The translations under genes and the position numbers were made by a program. From the human T2T-CHM13v2.0 reference genome, Homo sapiens, in assembly GCF_009914755.1 (NCBI RefSeq), contig NC_060932.1: DNA of 64,000 bases; one strand, written 5' to 3'. Shown piece after piece: positions 26,468 to 45,856 of this stretch; the stretch's first letter is position 1; the number at the start of each line of letters is the position of its first letter. The notes below the pieces were generated by a model. That model had not been told where the DNA came from and did not search any database. It saw nothing but the letters and a program-made list of their open reading frames with translations.

Positions 26468-26919
26468 GGCTAGGGATGGTGGCTTGAGCCTGTAATCCCA
26501 ACACTTTGGGAAGCCAAGGCAGAGGATCACTTGAGCTCAGGAATTCAAGTCCAGTCTGGCCAACACAGCGAGACCTTGTCTCTACAAAAAAATCGAAAAT
26601 TAGCTGAGCATTGTGTGGTGGGCGCCTATAGTCCCAGCTATTCAGAAGGCGAGAGGATCACTTGAGCCCTATTGTATGTCTTTGAAGTCATCTGGACTGG
26701 GTTTCCTTATTTTGACTAAAAATGAGAGGGCAAGTTCATCAGGGTCTCTGCTTTGAGATGCCATCAGTGGAAGACAGAAGCTATGGATTGTTGCCACCAT
26801 GGCAGAACCTCCTGTTCCCTGCCAATCGTGAAGCTCCTTTAATTAGGGAGATTGAGGCTGCAGTGAGCTGTGATTGTGCCACTGCACTCAGCCTGGGTGA
26901 CAGAGCAAGCCCGTACCTC

Positions 26920-26950
<31 letters not shown>
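26468..26950 (+). mobile_element. AluJ carrying a ~175-bp non-Alu insertion in its right arm
   Basis: Alu sequence breaks after CTTGAGCCC (26669) and resumes GGGAGATTGAGGCTGCAGTGAGC (26846). Confidence 0.9.
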
Positions 26951-26952
<2 letters not shown>

Positions 26953-28666
26953 AGAAAAAGAAAAATACAAAAACTGGGATTGGGAGGCTGACGTGGGAGG
27001 ATCATTTGAGCTCAGGAGTAGAGATTCTGTCTCAAAAAATAAAAATAAAAAGTAGAAATGAAGAGTCAACTACAGATACAACAGAAATAATGAAAAAATA
27101 ATAGGAACATTGTAGTGTATTTAATGTAAACCTGATGAAATTAGGATTCACATCTATTATATTTTCACACACTACAGTATCTCCAGTGCCAGAACTGTAG
27201 TCATTATTATTGAGTAAATAGGTTTGAAACCTTAGAAAAAGGATAAATTATCTGAAAAATATAATTTACCAAAACTAACTTACACAAAAAATGGAATCCG
27301 TATTTTGAAACGTTTCCAAAAAGGAGCAATAAATAAACAGAGCACAGAGGATTTTTAGGGCAATGAAACTACTCTACAGTACTATAATGGTGGCTACATG
27401 CCATCACAAATTTGTCCAAATCCATAGATTGTACATGAAGAGTGAGCCTTAACATGGGCTATTGACTTTGGCCAATAATGCTGTGTCAGTGCAGGTTCAT
27501 CAATTACAGCAAATGCTCCACTCTGGTGGGATGTTGGTGATGGGGGAGTCTGTGCTTGTGGTCGGGGAGGAGGCGTATGGGAACTGTATATTCTGCTCAA
27601 TTTTTCTGTGAACCTAAAACTGCTCTTAAAAAATTAAAACTAAAAACAAATAGTCCAAAAAACCCCAAAACATACCCAAAAAGGGAATGCTAGGCTCAGA
27701 TGCTTTTAGGAGTAAATTCAACCAAATTTTGAGGAATAATTTTTTTCAACTTATACAAACTTTTCCAGAGAATAAAAAGAGAAAACTCTCCCCTTCTTTG
27801 AGGCTAGTAAAATATTGATTCCAAAACTAGATAAGACAGTACAATAAATAAAAATTAAAGCCTATGTTACTCATGAACATAAAAGCAAAAAATCTATCCA
27901 AACTATTAGCAACTCAAGTCCAGTAGAACATAGCAAAATAATAAAACATGATCAGACTGGGTTTATTCCAAGAATACAATGGTGTTGAATATTAAAAATC
28001 AAATAGTGATTTATCACACTCATAGATTAAAGGAAAATAAAATAGGATATGCTCAGTAGAGGTAGTAAGTAGTTAATAATATTTAACAATCTTTTATGAT
28101 TAAAAATATTTTTTTAATCTGTTAGCAAATTTGGCTTAGAGAGAAAGTTTCTTACCCTAATAAAGGATTCCTAACAAAAACCTAATCCCAACTCTAAACC
28201 TAAGGGCCCAATAGTGAAACATTAGAAGCGCCTTTGAAAAATTGAAACTAGAAAGATGCTGGCTCATCCCACACCGGCTATTACTACTGTGATCCAACCA
28301 CACTGGAGCCCCAGCTATAGTGAAATAAAAATGACAAAAGATATAAAGACTGGAAATGAAAAAACAAACTATCATTATCTATATAAGATTTTCTACATAA
28401 ACAGAACCTCATAATCTAAGGATTAATTATCAGAATTAACAACAGTGTTTATCAAAATTCCTGCTACTACTCAAAATGCAAAAATCCTTTACACTTTCAA
28501 ATATCCACAACAAAGAGTTAGAAAATATAATTTTTTAAATATACTAATTAAAATATCACAAAATAACTGAAGCCTAACAAAATAGATCTAGGGATAAATC
28601 TAACAAAAGATGTGAAAGATCTTCATGGATAAAATTATAAAGCTTTACTAAAAGGTATTAAAGGTC

Positions 28667-28960
<294 letters not shown>

Positions 28961-29959
28961 AGGTTTACACTGATGTAGAAAGATAACAGGTTCATGAATA
29001 GGGTGACTTAAATACAAAAAGATATTTATCCTCTAACTGACCAATAAACAAAATGTAACTCCAATCAATCCCAACAGGTGATTTCATAGGCCTTGTTAAA
29101 CTGATTCTACATTTGTATAAAGACCATAAGACCATAGCGATGACGCTCTTGAGTGAGAACAGAAGTGTGGAGACATTGGCCTATAAAATGTAAAGAGTTA
29201 TTTTGAGGTGGTAGTAATTAAAAAGAGTGATGTTGGTGCAAAAACAGACAAATAGACCAACAGAACAGGAACTAGGGCTCAGAAATAGACTCATATGTAT
29301 TTGAAAACTTGATATGCACTTGACATGGCATTGTAGACCAAGAGAAAAAGATAGACAATATAAATATGTTAGCATTATACACAACTAATTATTCATATGA
29401 GAAAAAAGAAAAAGTATCCCTATTTCACATCATACACAAAGATGCTTCCAGATGGATCAAGGACTTAAATATGAAATACAAAACATTAAAAATTTTACAG
29501 TAAGACAGTATCGTTATGACCTCAGGATAAACAAGAATGTTTTAAGCAAGTCACAAAAAGTGCTAAACCTAAGGGAAAACATAGACAATGACAATTACAT
29601 TAAAATTAAGATTTTCTGTTCATAGGAAACCATCTAGCTTCCAAAAAATCTATTTTCAGAAAAGATACTTGTAGCACATAAAATGACAAAAGATTAGTAT
29701 CCATAATTTAAAGTGAAATTCTACAAATTAATAAGAAAAAGATAATAGAAAAAAAGGGCAAAGGTAATGAATATGCCTATACTAGAAGAGAGTATAAATA
29801 GCCAATGACTACAGGAAAAGATGACCAACCTCGTTAGTACTCAGGAAATTGAAAATAAAATGTCAAAGAGATATAATTTCTCACCCACTAAATTTGCAAA
29901 AATTAAAGTCTGGCAATATCAAGTATTGTTGGAAAGATTAAGCTACAGGGAACAATCAG

Positions 29960-31570
29960 TCATACATTGTCATAAGGTCAACATGGGGGACATTGATGAC
30001 TTCGAGAACAGTTGGTGGTTGGTGTGGGTAAACGCCCAACCAGAGAAGATTTTAAGAGATGATGGGAGAAGAGGAACTGAAGGCAGAGAGTATAGATGAT
30101 TCTGTAAAGAAGAGCAAAGAAATAGGGTAGTGCCTGATGAAAGAACTCAGGTCAAAAGCAGTTTTCTATTTCTTCACCCTCCCCATGCCTTCAGATGGGA
30201 GAAATGGCAGAAAGAGGAAATTTTTGATGCAGGAGAGAGATTGATGGAGTGATGCCCTTGAGTAGGTAAGAGAGGATGGGATGAAGGTGTAAGTGGAGGA
30301 ACTGACTTTAGATAGCAGCATGAATGGTTCACGTGCAGGAAGAGAGAAACCACAGATGCTGCAGGTACAGGTGCTTGCAGGTGGGTAGGTGTGGTGGTAG
30401 CAGTGGGTAGAAGTCTTCTGGTGCTTCTATTTCCTTGGTGAAATAGGAGTCAAGATGGTTAGCTGAGAGGATCGGGGAGAAGGTGCTAGACGTCTGGAAA
30501 AAGAGAAGCTTGAAATTTTCATCCAGAAAAGCACAAGGTCAAATGGGTTAGGAAAGTATAGTAAGATTGCCCAGAGGCACTAAAAGCCCATTTGAGACTG
30601 TGGTCATGAGTTTAAGGTGAGACCAGCCAGCAAGATTGTGTGTTTTTTTGGTTTTTTGGTTTTTTTCCAGCCACATTCAACCACATGAGAGCAGGCACGG
30701 AGGAAACAGAGATTTTCATTTAACCAGGATTGTTTCTTTGCTGAGCCAGCATGACAAATGGAGACGGGGAGAGAGTTGAGGATGTACCAAGGGAGTGATT
30801 ATAATGATTAACCATGGAATTCTTGCAGAGGAAGATGAGGAAATAGGATAGCAAGTGGGTGAGTGATAGGATCAATATCTTTAAAGTTCTGCTAGACTCG
30901 AAGGATGGTTGGAATTGAAGGACTGAAGGGAGCATATAGGAAAGATTAAAGGTGGTGGTCAGTGTAGGATACCTGGAAATGAGATGAGAAGGAGTTTTGA
31001 TTATTGGTAATAAGTGCATCTTGGAAATAGAAGTAAGGTAAAATGGAAGAGGGCTTTTAAAGGAGAAGAATTCAAGGAACTGAGAGTCTAGGGTGATGGA
31101 AGAATCATCTTTATGTAAATCTACAGAAATTAACAGGGGCTTATGTTGTACAGAGTGATGGTGCACTAGGAGTTATAGTCAATAAATAAGTAGGGGACCT
31201 ACTAGGTCAAGTGGTGTGATGGCTATTGGGAAAAAACATCTACCACTTAAAAGTGTTGCAGGGGAAGCAATAAATTCAGAGGAATATGCAAGAAAACTTT
31301 ATTTTAAACCACATCATATCTTTTTAAAAAATGGCATTGCCTATGTTCTGAAATACTACCAGTTCATTTTGAATAGCTCAAGTTCCTGCTTTACTGATTA
31401 ATTTTTGAGATCTGTTCAGAATATATACTTGTCTTCTCATTTATCAATCATTAGTCATTCAGCACATTTTTATTCAATGCATAATCAACAAATATTTGCT
31501 CTAGGTACTTAAAATCCAACAATGGGAACAAAACAAAGATCCCTACCCTTGTAGAGCTTATATTCCCAGT
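29960..31570 (-). mobile_element. L2 fragments
   Basis: Purine-rich degenerate antisense L2 sequence; L2 3'-end-like TCATTCAGCACATTTTTATT at ~31455. Confidence 0.5.
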
Positions 31571-31810
31571 CTATTTATTTTATTTTCAATTTTGTGTGGA
31601 AATCAGAGCTGTGGATCATCTTGCTTTTATAGTAAGCTATTTTGCTCCAAGTACAGTGAACAAAATGGAGTCAGTTAAAAAGAAAATAAAAACTGAGGCA
31701 CCAAAGCTGGGCACTGAGTGGGAACATTTTCCTGCCAAGCAGGAAAGCCAGTAGAGTACAGGGTGTAGTAGGTTCCCAGGGATGAGAAATGAATAAGATC
31801 TTTTAGAGCC

Positions 31811-32210
31811 TGTCTTAGTCCGTTCTGTGTTGCTACAACAGAATACCTGAGACTGGATAATTTATAAAGAATGGAAATTTACTTCTCACAGTTCTGGAGG
31901 CTGGGAAGTCCAAGGTTGAGGGGCCAGCATCTGGTAAGAGCCTTCTTGGTGCATCATCCCATGGCACAAGGCAGAAGAAGGCCCAGGGAGCATCCAAGAC
32001 AGAGAGAGAGGGAGGGGGCCAAACTCATCTTTTAAATCAGGAGCCCACTCTTGCAATAACTAAGTCATTCCCACAATAACAGCATTAATTCATTCAGGAA
32101 GGCAGAGCTCTCATGATCTAACTAACTCTTAAAGGTCCCACCTCTTAATACCATCACAATGGCAATCAAATTTCACCATGAGTTTTGGAGGAGACATTCA
32201 AACCGCAGCA
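31811..32210 (-). mobile_element. MaLR solo LTR (MSTC/D or MLT1A-like)
   Basis: TGTCTTAGTCCGTT...CATTCAAACCGCAGCA, with the CTCACAGTTCTGGAGGCTGGGAAGTCCAAG core. Confidence 0.8.
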
Positions 32211-32317
32211 AAGCCCAAAGATCAGGAATGATTTCTGTCCCATATTAGAAAGCAAAGTCTCCATATGCTGTTGACTGACTGAAGAGGTCTGGGTTTGTCA
32301 GGTGGGCAACAAGACTG

Positions 32318-33068
32318 TGTTACTGGCAGAGGGGATCCGAGTCACAAGGCACCAAAATATGTTAGTGGTAGAAGGTATCTGAGTTACTGGTGGCAAACCC
32401 ATATGAGTCAGCAGGAACCTCAGTTCTTGCCCCCCAGAAGAAAAGAATTTGACCGAGAGGCATAAGGCTGAAAAGGAGACTGAGGCAAGTTTCAGAGCAG
32501 GAGTGGAAGTTTATTAAAAAGCCTTAGAACAGGAAAGAAAGGAAAGTATATTTGAAAGAGACCTAAGCTGACATCTTGGAGGTCCAGTGCAGGGTGTAAT
32601 TTAAAAGTTCATATGCTGGCCTACTTCCATGTCTTGTGCCCCTTTCCCTTCATTCTTCCCTTAGGGTGAGCCGCCTGCATGCACAGTGCCCTGCTTGCGC
32701 TTGGAAGGTGAGCATGTGCACTGTGTTTACTGGGGTTGTGTGCATGCTCACTCGAGGCTTTCTTCCATTTTCTGGTGGAATGCCCCTGGAAGGTCATACT
32801 CTGCCATTTTTCCTCTTAATCTGCATGCATAAGCCCACTTGCCCAATTCCTGAGATCTTATTGGAGCCTGCCGATTACCAATTTCAGGTACTTGTATCTA
32901 CTGGGAAACTACCTCTCCCTGGCACCAGCTTTAACCTATGATCATTTTAGAGAGGCAATGTGACAACTGCTGGACCATTACCTGATGGTTGCCTGACATT
33001 CCTAGTGGGTTGGGGGGAGTCTCCTCCTGCCCCACTCATGCCTGACTAGCTAGCTATCTACTGTAACA
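32318..33068 (-). mobile_element. LTR9-family solo LTR
   Basis: Reverse complement starts TGTTACAGTAGATAGCTAGCTAGTCAGGCATGAG; degraded TSD ACTG/GCTG. Confidence 0.72.
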
Positions 33069-33226
33069 GCTGGAGGTGGTCAGCTGTGGACGTGGGCCAC
33101 CCATACAGGAGCATGGTGTCCGGCTGCCTCTGCTGCATGTGTGACCCGCCCAAGTTGACTCTGTGTAGGTGTTGGCAGGCTGATGTCCAGACCAGGGATG
33201 GTTGGTCCAAGGTCTCAGACACATTC

Positions 33227-34590
<1,364 letters not shown>

Positions 34591-34673
34591 AATCTCAATC
34601 CTAATTGATGGTTCTAAACTGCAGACCTTACCTGTGTCTAACTGCCACTGCATCTTTCCTTTCTATCTCCCAT

Positions 34674-35367
34674 TGAAACTGCCTTTGTAAAGTTATGACA
34701 TAAGAGAAATCCGACATGGCTGACTCCATCTTGCTTCTAGCCTTACAGGCTGGCTGTCTTTGCACATTCCTGGGTGTGGGCCAAGCTAACTTCGGGAGAA
34801 ATTTAATTTATAGTTTAAATGGTAGTGGCCCTTTCCCAAAACTAAACTGCTCTTGTAAAACTAATGAAAGGTCACCATCTTAGGAGGAAATGGTGTAGGC
34901 ATAGTTAAAAAATTATCAGCCATTATTCCAGAGGTCACAAGAGTTGCAACTTCTCCAATTACTCCTGCAGATAACATCACTATTAGAGAAACTAAGATTG
35001 GCCTTTTGAGTTGTCTTTTCAGTTTTTTGCGTCTCTGACAACTGGATGCCCCGCTGCCCAAGACTTGCCAACCAGTCCTCTGGCCCTCACCTAGGAACAG
35101 ATTCAGCTCAGGAGGACAGCTTCAATTCCCTATGATTTTATCTCCAATCAGTCAGCTCTCCCCACTCCCTGGCCTCTTACCCAGCAAACTATCTTTGAAA
35201 AACCCTTAACCTTTGAGCCTTTGATGAGATTAATTTGAGTAATAACTCTGTCTCCCATGTGGCCGACCTTGCATCAATTAAACTCTTTCTTAACTGCAAT
35301 GCTATGGTCTTAATAAATTGACGTTGTTTGTGCAGTGGGCAGGAAGAACTCATCAGATGCAGTTACA
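34674..35367 (+). mobile_element. ERV1 solo LTR (LTR8/LTR26-like)
   Basis: TGAAACTGCCTTTG...ATGGCTGACTCCATCTTGCTTCTAGCC...GTTACA; TSD CCAT on both sides. Confidence 0.8.
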
Positions 35368-35385
35368 CCATCATTTCAAACCCTC

Positions 35386-35742
35386 TGTATTAGTCCATTC
35401 TCATGCTGCTAATGAAGACATACCCAAGACTGGGTAATTTATAAAGGGAAGAGGTTTAATTGACTCACAGTTCCACAATGCTGGGGAGGCCTCACAATCA
35501 TGGCAGGAGGTGAAAAAAGAGCAAAGCCACATCTTACATTGCAGCAGGTAAGAGAGAGTTTGTACAGGGGAACTCCCATTTATAAAACCATCCGATCTCA
35601 TGAGATTTATTCACCACCATGAGAACAGTATGGGGGAAACCTCCCCCATGATTCAATTATCTCCAGTTGGCCCTGTCTTGACATGTGGGGATTATTACAA
35701 TTCGAGGTGAGATTTGGGTAGGGACACAGCCAAACCATATCA
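35386..35742 (-). mobile_element. THE1 solo LTR
   Basis: TGTATTAGTCCATTCTCATGCTGCT...CAGCCAAACCATATCA. Confidence 0.88.
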
Positions 35743-37151
35743 CACCCAGGGCCAACATCACTCGCAGCTCCATACTTTTACACAGCTTGTTAGGACTGAA
35801 TTGCCCTCCACAAAATTTCATACATTGAAGCCCTAACCACCAATACCTCACAATGTGACTATATTTGGAGATGGGGTCTTGAAAGAGGTGATTATAAGCT
35901 AACATAAGGTCATGAGAGTGGGCCCTAATCTAATCTGACTGGCATCCATATAAGAAGAAGACATTTGGACACCAGGGATGTACACAGAAGAAAGTCCATG
36001 TGAGGACACAGCAGGAAGGCGGCCATCCACAAGCCAAGAAGAGAGGCCTCAGGAGAAACCAAACCTACCTACAACTATCTTGGACTTCTAGCCTCCAGAA
36101 CAATGAGAAGACACGTTTTTTGTTGTTTAAAGAGCTGAGTTGCCAAGATGGCCAAATAGGAACAGCTCTGGTCTGCAGCTCCCACCGTGAATGACACAGA
36201 AGACAGGTGATTTCTGCATTTCCAACTGAGATATCTGGTTCTTCTCATTGGGGCTGGTTGGACAGTGGGTGCAGGCCACGGAGGGTGAGCTGAAGCAGGG
36301 TGGGGCGTTGCCTTACCCAGGAAGTGCAAGGGGTTGGGGGATTTCCCTTTCTTAGCCAACGGACGCAGTGACAGACTACCTGGAAAAATGGGACAATCTT
36401 GCCCAAATACTGCGCTGTTCCCAAGGTCTTAGCAACTGACAGACAAGGAGATTCTCTCCTGTGCCTGGCTCGGTGGGTCCCACACCCACAGAGGCTTGCT
36501 CACTGCTAGCACAGCAGTCTGAGATCAAACTGTGTGGTGGCAGCCTGGCTGGGGGAGGGGAGTCCGCCATTGCTGAGGCTTGAGTAGGTAAACAAAGCAG
36601 CCAGGAAGCTTGAACTGCGCAGAGTCCACCACAGGTAAACAAGGCCCACTGCCTCTAGACTCCACCTCTATGGGCAGGGCATAGCTGAACAAAAGGCAGC
36701 AGACAACTTCTGCAGACTTAAACGTCCCTGTCTGACAGCCCTGAAGAGAGCAGTGGTTATCCCAGCATGGCATTTGAGCTCTGAGAATGGAAAGACTGCC
36801 TCCACAAGTGGGTCCCTGACCCCCGGGTAGCCTAACTGGGGGACACCTCCCAGTAGGGGCCAACAGACACCTCATATAGGCAGCTGCTCCTCTGGGATGA
36901 AGCTTCCAGAGGAAGGATCAGGCAGCAAGATTTGTTGTTCTGTAGCCTCCGCTGGTGATACCCAGGCAAACAGGGTCTGCAGTGGACATCCAGCAAACTC
37001 CATCAGACCTGCAGCTGAGGGACCTGACTGTGAGAAGGAAAACTAACAAACAGAAAGGAATAGCATCAGCATCAACAAAAAGCTCATCTACACCAAAACC
37101 CCATCTGTAGGTCACCAACATCAAAGACCAAAGGTAGATAAAACCACAAAG

Positions 37152-38166
37152 ATGGGGAGAAACCAGAGCAGAAAAGCTGAAAATTCTAAAAATCCGAGTG
37201 CTTTTTCTCCTCCAAAGGATCGCAGCTCCTCGCCACCAACGGAACAAAGCTAGACAGAGAATGACTTTGACGAGTTGACAGAAGTAGGCTTCAGAAGGTC
37301 GGTAATAACAAACTTCTCTGAGCTAAAGGAGGATGTTTGAACCCATTGCAAGGAAGCTAAAAACCTTGAAAAAAGATTAGACAAATGGCTAACTAGAATA
37401 AACAGTGTAAAGAAGAGCTTAAATGACCTGATGGAACTGAAAACCATGGCACAAGAACTTTGTGATGCACGCACAAGCTTCAGTAGCCAATTCAATCAAG
37501 TGGAAGAAAGGGTTTCAGTGATTGAAGATCAAATTAATGAAATAAAGTGAGAAGACAAGGTTAGAGAAAAAAGAGTAAAAAGAAACGAACAAAGCCTCCA
37601 AGAAATATGGGACTATGTGAAAAGACCAAATCTACGTTTGATGGGTGTACCTGAAAGAATGGAACCAAGCTGGAAAACACTGTTCAGGATATTATGCAGA
37701 AGAACTTCCCCAACCTAGCAAGGGAGGCCAACATTCAAATTCAGGAAATACAGAGAACACCACAAAGATACTCCTTGAGAAGAGCAACCCCAAGACACAT
37801 AATTATCAGATTCACCAAGGTTGAAATGAAGGAAAAAGTGTTAAGGGCAGCCAGAGAGAAAGGTCAAGTTACCCACAAAGGGAAGCCCATCAGACTAATG
37901 GCAGATATCTCGGCAGAAACCCTACAAGCCAGAAGAGATTGGGGGCCAATATTTAACATTCTTAAAGAAAAGAATTTTCAACCCAGAATTTCATATCTAG
38001 CCAAACTAAGCTTCATAAGTGAAGGAGAAATAAAATCCTTTACAGACAAGCAAATGCTGAGAGATTTTGTCGCCACCAGGCCTGCCTTACAGGAGCTCCT
38101 GAAGGAAGCACTAAACATGGAAAGAAACAATGGTACCAGCCACTGCAAAAACATGCCAAATTGTAA
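37152..38166 (+). pseudogene. L1 ORF1p, disrupted
   Basis: ATGGGGAGAAACCAGAGC start; in-frame TAG at ~37251 plus later lesions; C-terminal block ARRDWGPIFNILKEKNFQPRISY. Confidence 0.9.
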
Positions 38167-38229
38167 AGATCATCGATACTATGAAGAAACTGCATCAATT
38201 AATGGGCAAAATAACCAGTGAACATCATA

Positions 38230-42054
<3,825 letters not shown>

Positions 42055-42469
42055 ACAATGAGATCACCTGGAAACAGGGAACAGAACATCCCACACCAGG
42101 GCCTGTAGAGGGGTAGGGGGCTGGGGGAGGGATAGCATTAGGAGAAATACCTAATGTAAATGATGAGTTGATGGGTGTAGGAAGCCAACATGGCACATGT
42201 ATACATATGTATAAAACCTGCACATTGTGCACATGTACCCTAGAACTTAAAGTATAGTAAAAAAAAAAAAAAAAAAAAAAAGAGCTGAGTCTGTGGCATT
42301 CTATTACGGCAGCTGGAGCTGACTGATACATTGCTCCATTTGATAGTTCTCCCAGGCACTGCCCCAGGCCTCACTCACTGCCCCTGTGTCATCTCTCTTG
42401 ACTCATGTCTCTGAATGTCAGTGTGTAACACCTATGCAGTAATTTTCATTCTCAGTTTCGGTAGGTAGG

Positions 42470-42841
42470 TGATATGGTTTGGCCATGTTCCCACCCAAAT
42501 CTCATCTTGAAATGTAGCTCCCATAATTCCCATGTGTCGTGGGAGACACCTGGTGGGAGTAAATTGAATCATGGGGACGGGTCTTTGCCGTGCTGTTCTC
42601 ATGGTAGTGAATAGGTATAAAACCATCAAGAGATCTGATGGTTTTATAAAGGGGAGTTCCCCTATACAAGTTTTCTTGCCTGCCGCCATGTAAGACGGGA
42701 CTTTGTTCCTCCTTCCCCTTCCACCATGATTGTGAGGCCTCCTCAGCCATGTGGAACAGTGAGTCAATTAAACCTCTTTCCTTTATAAATTACCCAGTCT
42801 TGGGTATGTCTTTATCAGCAGTGTGGGAACAGACTAATACA
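42470..42841 (+). mobile_element. THE1/MST solo LTR
   Basis: TGATATGGTTTGG...GACTAATACA; TSD GTAGG. Confidence 0.88.
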
Positions 42842-44816
42842 GTAGGCATAGTTTGTTAGGCTTCTATCAGCTGGCTGGTGTGGCCTTTGATGCCCACGGC
42901 ATGGGGCAGCTAGGTAAGGGGTTGATGGAAACAGAGGGAAGACTGGGTTCCAGCAGCTGGTTTGAGCCATGGTTGCAGAGAATGGGAAAGAGGATCATGT
43001 AGACATTAGGCAGCTCACCTGCAAAGCAGCTTGATGGAAAAGCTCAGTTCATTCTTGAAATTCTTACTTATTTTAGTAGGTTCAGAAACGGAGAATGGGG
43101 GAGAATGACATTTCTTAGATTTTCCCTCCTTGGCTTTCTCCTGGATACAGCTTCCTTTCCTTAATGGATATCCTTATGTCCCTCTCTCCTATGGTACTTT
43201 CCTTCCTCTTCTAGCTCTCCACTGGCTTCCTGATCTTGCCTAGATAACAAGAGTTAAAGCTGCAAAGAGAACTAGGTGTTGAGCACCTCATTGTTTTGGA
43301 CTCTGTGGCCGTTGCTGTGGATGAGATTGACTTAGGAGTTTACATTCTTGTGTTTTGGAGGCAGAAGATAAACAAACAAGGAAACTATCGGAGTGTAATG
43401 TGCTGATAATTAAAATGAAGAGATGAGAGTGCAACTGCGTGCTCCATCAGGGGATGGCTTTAGATTGGGTGGCTTTTGCTGCAGCTCTTGTGGTGTTGAG
43501 GTTGGGGGGGAGTTGACAATTTATGATCCACAACACCATTAATCAGGTTGAGAAAGTATCAGATACACCGCAGAGTTCTGCAATTTTGACTCTAAGTTAC
43601 ACAAAAAGTAAGTTTTCTTATCTATACCAGACAGAGGGTGTAACCAGGCCTTGTTAGAAAATGAATAAACAGTGATTCCAAGTGCCATTTCCTTTGTCTG
43701 TTTAGAGAATTTTTAGTTATCACAAAGCTTTCTTATGAGGTCTTTGATAAGGCAATGGCATGGTATTAAAAGCTATTATCTAAGAAAACAAAACCAATAG
43801 ATGCATATTTTACCTGATGCTATCTTTAAGTGGCAGACATCGAGGGACACTGGAAAGTAACTTGGGATATTAAAGCCAGGCACTGTCCCTTGGGCCTCAG
43901 CCCTAAGTCCAGGGTGTCCTTTCAGGTGGGGCACCTTTGTAGAAACATCCTCTTGCCCCAGGGGCAAGTTGCTGAGGGCCAGGAGGATTCAGTCCTCCAG
44001 GTCTTGGAGGAGCTCCAAGCTCTTGGCCTTGGAGGTGCTCAGAGGTAGCCCTTGGTATGGAGCTCTCCCTGGAGAGGAGTAGGGGAGGGAGCTGGGGAGA
44101 GGCATGGGTGGGGAGCACAGGTGGTGCAGGAGCAATTGGAGCATCCAGACCCTCCCTCCAGAGGTGGCTGGACAGAAGGTTTGGATCTTGTTGCTAATGT
44201 GCATTCCAGGACCAGCACACTGACCTTAGGCTCAGGAAGGGACTTACTGGTCAATTGCTTCTTTTGCGGGGCCTGTCAGGATTTGAAATGAAGCAGAAGC
44301 TCTTATAACATTCAGCCATAAATCTAAATCTTTTTTTTTAACTCAAGCAAAATAGTGAGATAACTTGACATTTTGCATGCTTAAATTTAGAACAGATGAC
44401 AGAAATTGAATACTCACGTCATAAGCTGCTTCATTTAAACAAACACACAGAACCAGACTCTGCTTCATGTGACTTGGATCTTGAGAATGCTTCATCCTTT
44501 GCCAAAATTTAAAATCCTTAAGGTGGCTAATAAATATGGGCCTGAGAATGAGGTCACCTGACCTCCAGGCCTGGCTCTTGGTTGGCTGACAAAGCCACCC
44601 GTCTGGGCCTCAGTAAATCCTTCTCTGAGATGGCCTGGTGTGGTGGCTTTTGTGCCCAGAGGGCACACACAGTCCAAAATGAGCACACACAGTGGTGAGG
44701 ACACACCTCAGGGTCTGGGAGCATGTGAACAGGGGAATATATGAGACTACCTTACAATTTATGCCTACTATGTCTAATAATGGTTGTCAATAACTGCTGG
44801 AAGCATGCTTTGCTTG

Positions 44817-45856
<1,040 letters not shown>

